Source: Octopus bimaculoides
Taxonomy: Eukaryota
DNA length: 64,000 bases
Assembly: GCF_001194135.2 (NCBI RefSeq)
Contig: NC_068996.1
Location: forward strand, 28,880,575-28,944,574
Direction: 5' to 3'
The first letter of the stretch is position 1. Every line of letters begins with the position of its first letter. Below are positions 1 to 11,600 of this stretch, in pieces. A program made the position numbers and the translations under genes. The notes below the pieces were generated by a model. That model ran no database searches, was not told the origin of the DNA, and saw nothing but the letters and a program-made list of their open reading frames with translations.

Positions 1-1139
1 TGTTATAATCACAACAGCAAGAAAGTATGTACATGATCACCTTTTACGAAACTTCATTGACTTTCATATATTTATATTGATATACATATATATACGTGTG
101 TTTGGGTGCGTGTGTGTATATACATCTCTATATATAAAGATGATGCGTAGTCTAGATGGTGTTTTTAGATTTCATTATTCTCTTTAACCCGGGCATTTCT
201 GCTAGTATATATATATATTGAACTTTATGATGTAATTCTGAGTGGCTTATGAAACAACTGCTTCTATCAAAGTATTAAAACTCTTCTTGCCTCTCACCTC
301 TCCTTGTTTTATTTGATTATATATATACGCACAGATGTGTATACATACATATAAATGTCTTTCATTTCTTTTAAAGCCAAAACAATGTGATTCCAAAGAG
401 ATAATACAAGTCAAAAGTTTGTACTTCTACCTTATATTTCAATATTTCAGGGTTAGAAACCCTTCAGGAAATTTTCAAAGATATGGTGTTGTGACTTCTC
501 CATTCTGTAGTGTGTGTACATGAATGGTTGCTTTTCATGTGCAGAATAAGTGTTGCTATAGCAGCCAATCATGTGCAGCTCAGTTCTGCTGTTAATACGC
601 AAATTGGTCTTGCTAATTATGATGGCTTCTTTTATTTTCAGGTTCCCAAGGTTTCATTCTGGCTTCAATGGAAACCTGAGTGTATTGGATGAGGCATTTC
701 CATGCTTCTTGATGGGAAAAGCATTAGCATAGAGGTGTTCTTTAACCCAGATATGTATTTGTCTGATGTAAACTTCATAACTTTTGGTACACCATATAAT
801 TTATATGCAGACATCTATTTTCATTGTTCATTGGGCAGTTGGCAATCTACATATAGTGTTGCTAGGTGATAGCCCACTTTTTGTTAGGACCTTCCTCAGG
901 ATATGTCCAGAAGGTGCTAGTAAAATATTTAATCCCTCTTTACAGGTTACCTAGCAGATTTTAGTGTTTTTTTTTCAATAAAATGTGGAAGTTTATGAAA
1001 AACACATTAATTTTTTTATGTTAGTTGGTTTGGTGATGCCCTAGCATTTGGTAAAAGAGTTTGAATGGTCACTTTCCATAAGGACTTTTCAAAATTGTAT
1101 AGTGTTGGTCTTTTTATTTCTTGTCTTGCTGTATTTACT

Positions 1140-1260
1140 ACTAAGAATAAACTGCTATTCCTGGCTTTTCTTTTTTTGATTTGGAGAAAGCATTTGACAA
1201 GAGTAATACATTCAATAATTTGATGGGCACTGAGGAAACTAGGTATAGGGGCTTGTAGTC
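1140..1260 (+). mobile_element. RTE-type LINE reverse transcriptase remnant
   Basis: Degenerate KNKLLFLAF..LEKAFD..IxWALRKLG segment with frameshifts. Confidence 0.6.
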
Positions 1261-1329
1261 CTAATGTTATTTCATAGAAATTTCCACTTGTCATCTATGC
1301 AAGAGGTATCTAAATCTTTCTTACAGCCA

Positions 1330-1500
1330 TATGCATCCCAACTGCAGGATCTTATAGCTTCCCCATCTTCCAATTCTGTATCTGTCTATTTCTGACTCTA
1401 GAGTTACTAACCATTAATCTATGTTGTGTGGTACATTCTCTGCCTGGAAAGTTTTTGATATTTACAATAGCTCTGCTGTCCCCTGACTTGTGTAATCACC
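1330..1500 (-). mobile_element. RTE-type LINE endonuclease/linker remnant
   Basis: Minus strand reads NIKNFPGRECTTQHRLMV...WKMGKL*DP, which resembles the end of the RTE APE endonuclease domain. Confidence 0.55.
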
Positions 1501-1695
1501 AGAATGGTCGGTGATAAGGTGGTTGGATGGTTTCTTAAAACAGATGTTGCAAATTGTTAGACCAGTCGCATCACAGAACTCTAGAAGCCTAAGACCTTCT
1601 TCAATTCCTAGTCTTTCCCCCTCAGTCACATGGGTTATGTAAGTTTAAAAATATTGCATTTTTAAGCTTTTGCCACTTTCACATGAAATCACACA

Positions 1696-2591
1696 TATAA
1701 GGTGCAAGGTCTGAGACTTTGTTTAGGAGAGGTAGTTATAACTGTTCTAGATTATTGTAATTTTAGTATATTATTATCATAATAAGTTAAACCTGCCAAC
1801 TTTTTTTTTTATTCCCGATTGAAGGAGACAGCAATTTGAAATACCATATTAAACACTGCTTGTCACAGATGACTAGTTTTGCAGAATACAGTTGGGATGT
1901 AAAGACAATTTGGTAGTTTGCTATGCAATAAATTTTTGTTAAACTGGGCAAAAACACTACAGAAACTTATGAAATGTTCCAGACTGCTTATGGATTAACT
2001 TGTATGAGCCAAGCATCTGTTTTCCACTGGTGCTAGCAGTTCAAGGGCAGTAAAGAGGAAATGAGAAATGATGAGACATGTGGGAGGAAAATGGACATCA
2101 GAACATCAGAGCCAGTTGAGAAAATTCACAATTTCCTGGATGAAGATTGTTGTGTGTCTTTATAAACAATAGGCATACAGTTTGGAGTTGGTGGCAACTG
2201 TACACAGAATTTTTCATGAAGATTTGAACATACACAAAATTTGTGCTAAGTTTGTTCCAAAAGTGCTCAGAGACAAACAGAAGGAATGATGTGTTGGTGA
2301 CAGCAGGGAGGTGTTTGAGTTTATTACCTCCACTTCAAGAGTACTTGAGTCTCTGGTAAACTGTGATGAAAGCTGGATCTACAGTTATGATCCAGAGTGC
2401 CCAGTGGAAGCATCCTTGCTCCCCAAGGAGGCTGTGACAAGGTCCTTTACACCTTCATGAAGTGGCTGGAGTGCTACAAGTGTATTGAAGTGAGAGGATC
2501 CTCTTTGAAGGAGATTAAGAGTTTTGTACTTCTTTGAAATCAATAGCTGTTGCTCTCGAAAAGTCCCACAACTTCTGGAATGAACTTTGTA
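1696..2591 (+). mobile_element. Defective mariner (Tc1/mariner) DNA transposon, internally deleted
   Basis: Decayed transposase FCVKLGKNTTETYEMFQTAYG...KICAKFVPKVL...NCDESWIYSYDPE. Right terminus ...ACTTCTGGAATGAACTTTG-TA. The left terminus is degenerate. Confidence 0.8.
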
Positions 2592-3569
2592 CCTATGCTT
2601 GGATATAGATGTATGTATTTTACACATATGTGAATAAAACCCATGTATCTGAAGGGAAAAATGAAAGTGAAGTGGATTATTGACTGTCAGCATTACACAC
2701 CATTTACACACAAACAGAAACACAAATATACAGATTTCTTTCAATTACACACAGGGTCATATTTTTGAAAACTGTTTTATTAAAAAACTTGTATCGGTAC
2801 TTATATTCAGACACCAGGATTGTGCCACAGCAAAGTTGACCTCAATGTGATTTCGATTCAGAATAAAAATATGCTGTAAATAAAAACTAAATAAACTACA
2901 TAAAAAAGTAAGATATAATAAAATAATAATAATAACAAAGTGTTTTGAGGAAACCGTTTGTGGTTTGTGTTGGCAAAAAGTATTCAGTGAACTTCATAAG
3001 CTGTGGGGAAGAGCTCATAGACAAATAGCCAAAACTGAAACATTAAGATTCTCAGCCTGCCTGTGACATACAAAACATATCCAAATTAAGTAACTTTACT
3101 TTCTTTCCAACAAGTTGCCAATATTCTGGCAGAATCCAAATTATATTGATAAATAATATTAACTGTGTATATAATTTATTTATCTATTGTAATAAAATAG
3201 TATCTTTCTATTTGGTTCTTAAAGTAAATAAATCAAATAGAAAGGAACTAATAGATTTTGCTAATAATATTTCATTCATTGCTATTCTTTAGCAAATCTA
3301 AACATTTTAGTGAGGATTACCACATTTCAAAGGGACAAATTTCTTGAAGAAATATAATGAAATTACTTCAAATAATCATTATCACCTGTCTTTTTCTATC
3401 TCAAAGAGTTTGACATTAATTATTGAGTTTGTTTGTAAGAGAGAGAGGGGGAGTGAGAAAGAGAGAAAGGGAGGGAGAGAGAGAGCACATATTTTAAATA
3501 TGAAAAGTGAGTATTAGATTTAACTGCTTAAGTGGGTCCAGACCAATCAGAAGGTTAAGGGTGTGCACA

Positions 3570-3598
3570 CATATATATTTATACATACATATCTAAAA

Positions 3599-3629
<31 letters not shown>

Positions 3630-3648
3630 CACACACACACACATGTAT

Positions 3649-3683
<35 letters not shown>

Positions 3684-3698
3684 CATACATATCTAAAA

Positions 3699-3758
<60 letters not shown>

Positions 3759-3764
3759 CTAAAA

Positions 3765-3815
<51 letters not shown>

Positions 3816-4000
3816 CACACACACATGTATACAAAAATATATATATATATACACACACACATATATATATATAAATGTATACACACACACACACATACAT
3901 ATACAAATGCATTCACACAAATATATATGCACATACACACACAAATATTAACATATTACACACACATATATATATACACACATTTATATAAGTACACACA
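3570..4000. repeat. Compound microsatellite/minisatellite: (TACATATCTAAAA(GT)n(AT)n) unit repeated about 3 times, plus (CA)n/(TA)n
   Basis: TACATATCTAAAAGTGTG recurs near 3587, 3686 and 3752. This explains the overlapping YIYI/THTH ORFs in the track. Confidence 0.9.
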
Positions 4001-4182
4001 CATATTGGTTGAATCTCACTAATCCAGGATTTATTAGTCGGGTAGTCACTAGTTTACATGATGGCCAGTTGGCCAATTATAGCATCCAATCTTGTTTAAT
4101 CTCTGCCACAAGTAATTTACAATAGTTTATGCTGCTATAGAGATAGAAATATTATTAATCAGTATTGATATTTTATCCTTAA

Positions 4183-4400
4183 CCCTTTTGTTGCTCTATT
4201 TCTGTCAACATATGCTACCTTTGTTTTGATTAATTTTTAAAATAGTGAAGAATTTAATAAAATAACTTCCTCATTATTAAGCTGGGGTCTTGTAAAAATG
4301 AGCATAAAATTTTGATGGAAGATTATAATTTGGATGACTTTCAAACAGTAGATTTGTCATAGAACCTGAGACGGTCTCAGGCAGGTTGGTATCAAAAGGG
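4183..4400. mobile_element. piggyBac-type MITE
   Basis: TTAA-CCCTTTTG...CAAAAGGG-TTAA: inverted CCCTTTTG termini with TTAA on both sides (4179-4182, 4401-4404). Confidence 0.75.
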
Positions 4401-5819
4401 TTAAATATGCCTCCTAAGGGAACAGTTAGCAGTGAAGGTGGTTGTAATGTAGAAAAACATAAGCATGTGACAAAAGGTATAGATTCAGTGAGAGTTTATG
4501 TGATATTAAGAAACAACAGCAGAAAATAATGAAACCATTTTTCTGGCATTAAAACAAAAGTTATCCAAAATGAAAAAAACATTAATAGACTGTAAGTAAA
4601 AACAAGTGGAAAGGGCTCTTGTTCAGTGATAGCAACACTTTCTTGATAATGGTGGGAGTATTTCGGGAGAAAATGGTCAGTGACCAGGCTAAAATATTTC
4701 ACAAGCAAATAAATACTGAAGAGCACTTTTGAGATTCAAAATGGCTAGCTTCACCGGTTTAAGTTAATGCACAGTATCAGTCAACATTCTGTGTGCGTGT
4801 TTGTGTGTGTGTGTGTATGTGTGTGTGTGTGCATGCGTGTGTGTGATGAATAAAAAAGTGCAGATGAAACTACTGCTTTAGTAAACGCTGTTAGAAAATT
4901 TACTGGCTAGTGAAAATTTATTGCCAGAGCCTAAATGTATGAAGCAACAAACATTATTAACAAGACATGTTTTGGAAAATAACCAACAAAATACCCAGCA
5001 ACACTGTTAACAGTATCCACAATTCTCTTCCCAGCACTTCCTCAGTTTCAGACATCACAGATGATGATCCAGATATCCCACACGATAAACCAGATGCAGA
5101 TATAAAAGATATTACTCAACATCAATTTAAATCATGTACAGAAGCATATATATATACACATTATGGGAGTTAAGGTAAATAACTGATTAATCTGTCATCA
5201 ATTTACATGTTTTACAGGTAACAATAGGCATATTTTCCTTAGTTTTTTTTTGCAACTAACTATACTTACTTTTGTATCACAGAGCAGTAAACTTTATTAT
5301 AAAAGTTCATTAAGTCTGAACTAAGTTTATGCTATAAGAAGTTCTGTCAGTATTTGTACTATAGAAATATTTGCCTTTATACTGCCATTTTTATCAGCTT
5401 ATATTGTCATTTTTATCTGTAGTTTCACTAGTTTGGAAAATCTGTTATCCTGACACCAGTCTGATCCTAAGCTTGCTGGATAGGTAAGGTTCAACCTCTA
5501 TCTCTATACATATATATACACACACACATCCATATAGTGATGTTGTAACTATANNNNNNNNNNNNNNNNNNNNNNNNNNNNNNNNNNNNNNNNNNNNNNN
5601 NNNNNNNNNNNNNNNNNNNNNNNNNNNNNNNNNNNNNNNNNNNNNNNNNNNNNNNNNNNNNNNNNNNNNNNNNNNNNNNNNNNNNNNNNNNNNNNNNNNN
5701 NNNNNNNNNNNNNNNNNNNNNNNNNNNNNNNNNNNNNNNNNNNNNNNNNNNNNNNNNNNATATATATATATATATAATAATGTTATATTTAGGGGACATT
5801 TTGCCAAAAAACATATGCA

Positions 5820-6180
5820 CTAGTTGGCTTCCTAGTCATTAGATAGTGGCCATGCTGGGGCACTGCTTTGAAGAATTTTCAGTCAAATTAATCAACCCCA
5901 GTACATATTTTTTTAAAGCCTGGTACTTATTCTATTGGTCTTTTGCTCAACTGTTAAGTTACAGGGATGTAAACACACCAACACCGGTTGTCAAGTGGTG
6001 CTGGAGGACATGCAGACACAAAGACACACACATATATACAATGGGCTTCTTTCAGTTTACAAGGCTTTGGTCGACTTGAGTCTATAATAGAAGACACTTG
6101 CCCAAGGTGCCACACAGTAGGACTTAACCTGGAGCTATGCGGTTGGGAAGCAAGCTTCTTATAACACAGCCACACATGTG
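5820..6180 (-). mobile_element. tRNA-derived SINE copy
   Basis: Reverse complement of the family seen intact at 45394-45800 (GGCTGTGT..AAG..GCTTGCTTCCCAACC head and GTACTGGG core). Confidence 0.75.
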
Positions 6181-6571
6181 CCTATATATTTCATCAGTTC
6201 TTTTGTCATACATTCTGACTATTTCAATGACTATTTGTTCTTCTTCTGTGTCTCCTCTTCTTTCTGGCCTTATTCTATTTACTCCATCTTGCCTTTCTGT
6301 TGTATATGTACATATATAAAGCAAATAAGGTCAGAAAGGAGAAACAGAGAAGAACAAATAGTCACTGAAGAGGTCACAGAATGTGTCATGAAAAAACTTT
6401 GACAAAATATACAATAACTAATGATAATAAAACTAAATTGAAGGCCAAATAGTGCATGTGGCTTTTGGTAAAATGATCATCTCATCCCAATATAACAATA
6501 TCTGTTTCAGCACATGATTTCACATCAAGAATCTTGCAAAACAAAAAAGAAATACAAAATTGTGTGTGTGA

Positions 6572-6611
<40 letters not shown>

Positions 6612-6621
6612 NNNNNNNNNN

Positions 6622-6659
<38 letters not shown>

Positions 6660-6679
6660 ATACACACACACACACATGT

Positions 6680-6765
6680 TTGAGGCTCTGATGAAGCTGT
6701 GAGGTGTTACTCAAGCACTCAACTATGAGTCCACTGCATCTTATAGCTGAAACAGCTGTAAACTA
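6680..6765 (+). ncRNA. Degenerate type I hammerhead ribozyme motif, Penelope-like
   Basis: CTGATGA 6688-6694. Stem II AGCTGTGAG (6695-6703) pairs with CTTATAGCT (6740-6748), 9 bp including G-U. GAAA 6749-6752, palindromic ACAGCTGT, GTA triplet 6758-6760. Stem I is poor. Confidence 0.55.
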
Positions 6766-6821
6766 ATGAAGTTCATAAGATAATCATTTATTCCTTTGTC
6801 ATCTCTTTTTTCTTATGTGTG

Positions 6822-6861
<40 letters not shown>

Positions 6862-7475
6862 NNNNNNNNNNNNNNNNNNNNNNNNNNNNNNNNNNNNNNN
6901 NNNNNNNNNNNNNNNNNNNNNNNNNNNNNNNNNNNNNNNNNNNNNNNNNNNNNNNNNNNNNNNNNNNNNNNNNNNNNNNNNNNNNNNNNNNNNNNNNNNN
7001 NNNNNNNNNNNNNNNNNNNNNNNNNNNNNNNNNNNNNNNNNNNNNNNNNNNNNNNNNNNNNNNNNNNNNNNNNNNNNNNNNNNNNNNNNNNNNNNNNNNN
7101 NNNNNNNNNNNNNNNNNNNNNNNNNNNNNNNNNNNNNNNNNNNNNNNNNNNNNNNNNNNNNNNNNNNNNNNNNNNNNNNNNNNNNNNNNNNNNNNNNNNN
7201 NNNNNNNNNNNNNNNNNNNNNNNNNNNNNNNNNNNNNNNNNNNNNNNNNNNNNNNNNNNNNNNNNNNNNNNNNNNNNNNNNNNNNNNNNNNNNNNNNNNN
7301 NNNNNNNNNNNNNNNNNNNNNNNNNNNNNNNNNNNNNNNNNNNNNNNNNNNNNNNNNNNNNNNNNNNNNNNNNNNNNNNNNNNNNNNNNNNNNNNNNNNN
7401 NNNNNNNNNNNNNNNNNNNNNNNNNNNNNNNNNNNNNNNNNNNNNNNNNNNNNNNNNNNNNNNNNNNNNNNNNNN

Positions 7476-7507
<32 letters not shown>

Positions 7508-8469
7508 TATATATATATATTATTGTCTTTTAGCTTTTTATTTCTATTTTAAAATTCATACAATGTTAAGAAATTCACACAATGTGTGTGTAGAAATATG
7601 TAGGGATTTGTGTGTGTATGTATCTGTGTACAGTTATATATGTGTGTGTGTATATGTATATATGTATGTATGTATGAAATGTTTAATTTTTTAAACATTT
7701 ACTTAGATTATATAAAAAACACCTAGTTATGTTTATTGTTTAAGAATTCTGTTTGTGTTTGTGAACATATGTATGTGTGTGTATATGTGTGAAAACAAAT
7801 ATACAAATATGAACATTTAAAAAAATATATAAATATAATTAGCATATTTTATCCATTTGAGAGATAAATTTATTTTCTGTTAGATGAGAAAAATTTAATT
7901 TTCTCTTCTGTTAACCCACAAATATCAACATAAACACACCACAAACACAAGTAAAAAAATTCCATCGTTTAAAAAACCCAATGAAAGAAGAAAATTAACT
8001 ACATGCCACTTTGTTTTTTAAGAAAGTATCTGTATATTTGGATGTAGATGTGATGGAGGTGGTGGTGTTTAAAATTTACCTTTATTATATTAAATTTCTG
8101 CTTATAATGCACACTTTCACGAGTTTTACTTGTGTGTATACATATATACAAACGAGCAATAAAAAGACAAACTTTTGTGATCATATAGAGTAATCTGTGA
8201 ATCAATTTTATAGCATCAAGTGTCAAACGTACATGCATATTCACACACACGCACACGCGCATACACACACACACACAAAAGAACATTTATAAATATAGAT
8301 ATACAAATTACTTGAAAGTTTCTGTGTGCCTGTGTGTCTGAAAGATCATATAGTAAATGTGTACAGATAAATATGCTGTGTAATGTGTGGGTGTGTGAGT
8401 GTATCTATGTGTCTGTATGTGTATACAAATGTGATTGAGTGAATGAAAGAAAGTGGTTTCATTGAGGAA

Positions 8470-8641
8470 TTAATCACATTTGGTTACAAAACTGCCAGGG
8501 AAAAGACCATTTTTTCCTGTTCGGTGATGTGCTCCTTTGTACCATCCATTCTCCCACTTTTTGTACACCATTACAATATCTCCAATTTTCAGTTCTAGTT
8601 CCATTTCTCCTTGTGGTGGATAAGGAGCAATGCAACGGTAT
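8470..8641 (-). CDS. SH3RF1: POSH terminal coding exon: SH3-4, [56 protein letters not shown]
   Basis: Acceptor TTTCCATTTGTAG, starts in phase 2. ELELK.GD.V.V.KK...GW.KG...[12 protein letters not shown] motif. TAA at 8472-8470. Confidence 0.96.
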
Positions 8642-11600
8642 CTACAAATGGAAATAGATATTCACTAAATGAACAAGTTATTGAAACATTTAATTATCAA
8701 AATTAAATTACAACCAGAAAAAAAAACAAAAACAAAAACAAAACAAAACAAGGGTTTTACATATTTGTCCAATCAGGTAGAAATAACAGTCTAAACTTTC
8801 TTAAATGAAACTCTACTGTTTTAAAAAAAGGACACATGAAAATGTAGTTCTAGATACACTATATCTAAATAAAAGACAGCATGGTGAATGCTGGACATCA
8901 TTAATCATAAATCTGGAGTTAAGTCACAACAAGAGAAACAAAATAGGGGAAACAAAAGAGATAAAATATTAAATTCTTTGTTTATAATAATTTTTTAATT
9001 TTGAAAAACTAAATCATTGCAAAACAAATATAAAACAAGAAAATATATTCCAATGATTGCTTTTTTTCTTTTTTGTTATTTAAGGCAAAACAAAGCACTT
9101 TTTTTGTATATATATCTAGAAAGAATTTAAAAAATTGATTTGATCAATGGAAGGATCAGAAGGCTGAATGGATAAAGCAATGCAAAACATGCACACAGGC
9201 TGTCAGTTCAAATTGTTCATTTGCATCTGTCTTACTGAACAGAAAACTTTTCTTCTTCTAGATAACCTCAATACACCTATCATCAGCAATAGGTACCATA
9301 TCAACATATCAGTCTTCTCAACTGTCATTAATAGGTAACAGATCAATATAGGGTCATCAATCAGTTCACTTAACTGTCCTGTTAGTAGCAGGTATAAGGT
9401 CATTGTGGGCTCATCAGCCAGTTTACCAAGTGTCTGTAGTAATAGGTGTCTGATCAATTCAGTTTAGTCTCAGACAATAGTCCACTTAGTGGATAATCAG
9501 ATCATTATAGTTCAATCACAGATTACAGTTTAGTATCTGTTTTGGTCTGCCATCTTGCCACTGAATTCAGACCTCTGAGCATGTGTGCAGAGAGCAAACA
9601 TTATCATCACCCAACTACATCAGTGGTTTCCAACTATTTTTTTACCTATGGACCCTTTTCATTACTATTTTATTCCGGTGGACTCACATAGCCATTCAAT
9701 GATTAAAAACTAGTTTTATAGATACTTCTTTCAAAATTCCTATTTTGTTCATCACATATTTATTTGTGAAGTTTGAACTATTTAAAATGTTAGAGAAAGA
9801 AATTGAACTGTTTGTGGCAATAAATACATTTAAAAGAAAATTTTTTCATGGACTCTTAAAATACTATCATGGATACCAAATTTACTATTCTGCTTGCATC
9901 CCCACCTCCACATCTTATATGGACCTCAGGGGTCATATGGATCCCAATCAAGAACCACTGAACTACAGTAACAATCAGTCACAATCTTCTATTCATTGTA
10001 GCTTTCACTGTCAGCTATGGTCCTTTGGTTGGATGAATAAGTCTGGTCATTGTTAATTCTCACCTTGGTGACAGCTATTGATCTTTATCTAGTTTTCTCA
10101 GCAACCACTAGATTACAGGGCATGGAACCCTGTCAAAGCATTCTCTAGCTCCATAAATATTAGGTGTAGTGGTTTGTTCTTAGCTGAGAACTTCTGTTAT
10201 AGAAGAGTTTATTGGTAGTGTCTGTTTTGGCACAAACCCAAACTACAACACTTTGTTACTTCCTATATACTACCAGTCTGACTATATGAGTAAAATATTC
10301 AACTTTGCTAGATATTTTCCACATCTCAGCGACTATCCCTAATATAACAGATGAAATGTACCTGCGAAATGGCAACCATGACACACTAAGTTTGCCTGAG
10401 GATTATGCTAAAGTTTCTGTGTGCCTGTGTGTCTGAAAGATCATATAGTAAATGTGTACAGATAAATATGCTGTGTAATGTGTGGGTGTGTGAGTGTATC
10501 TATGTGTCTGTATGTGTATACAAATGTGATTGAGTGACAAGAACATAAAATGATATTGTGCAGGAAAAGCATGCTTGAAAAATGGTTAAAATAAAAGGTA
10601 GCTGAAGCCAGACATAAAAAAAAGAGATATTTTAAAAAATAAGTTAGTCACAAAAGAAAGGGTACTATAAAGAAATAATGGCAAAGGCTAATAACATTTA
10701 TAGGTCCCTACTCTCAGATTGGTGAGAATGAAGACAATGATGAACTTAAACACCTGCAATGAAACGTGTACGTGGAGATAATAGGGGTTTGATCTGAATG
10801 TTTACAACAGAATCAACTCTACAAAAACAATCCTAGGTTCTGGTGATACTCTTGTTGCTGCTACTATTGTGTAGTCCCAAGTCAACCCTAATAGAGTACA
10901 ACTACATTCAAAAGCATTCTATCTGTCTCACTTCTTTCATTATCCAATGTGTTCTTCCTCATGCCAAAATAGACCTCGCCAGTGCTGGTACCACATAAAA
11001 GCACCCACTCCATGCTATAAAGTGTTTGGCATTAGAAAGGGTATCCAGCTATAGAAATCATGCCAAAGTAGTAGAATTTGATGCAGTCCTCTGGCTTAAC
11101 AGCTCCTGTCAAACCATCCAAGCCATGCCAGCATGGAAGATGCATATTGAATGATGATGATGATGACCAAGCAGGTTGAGGAGCTGCATATGCAAAGAAT
11201 CACTTTTTGGCTAGAGGAAATTTCTGTTTAAACCAAGCAGTGTATGAAACCTAGCCAAAGCTGAAGCACTCATATACTTGGTGGTGGTATTAAACCAAGT
11301 AACTCAAATTCCTCTATAGATTTCTCAAAGAAGCAAAATACAAAAAAAAAAAAAAAGCTATGAACATGTACATATATCAGAATTAATTTACCTTGCATGA
11401 CTTGTATCTGGTGCAACTTGAAATATCGTGTTTTCAGCATCGGAGGTGGATTTTGTCTTCTTGTTTTTACCCAGAGTTAATCTTTTTACTAAACTAGGCT
11501 TGTCTCTTTCCTTCTTTTCTTTCTATAAAATAGATAATGAAACAAATCAGTATTAAATAATAATAAAGATGACGATATAATAAAAATGATTTCTAACATT

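Larger units (their letters stand above)
5554..7475. other. Assembly gaps: 5554-5759, 6612-6621, 6862-7475; also 44647-44714, 46318-46471, 50995-51004, 55831-56160
   Basis: N runs, mostly flanked by (TA)n or (GT)n. Any exon hidden in the intragenic gaps cannot be seen. Confidence 0.99.

Noticed and set aside
3547-4022. Six overlapping [12 protein letters not shown] ORFs (and similar ones near 5445, 6482, 6796, 44343, 46591, 55643)
   Set aside because: Translations of dinucleotide microsatellites and N gaps, not genes.
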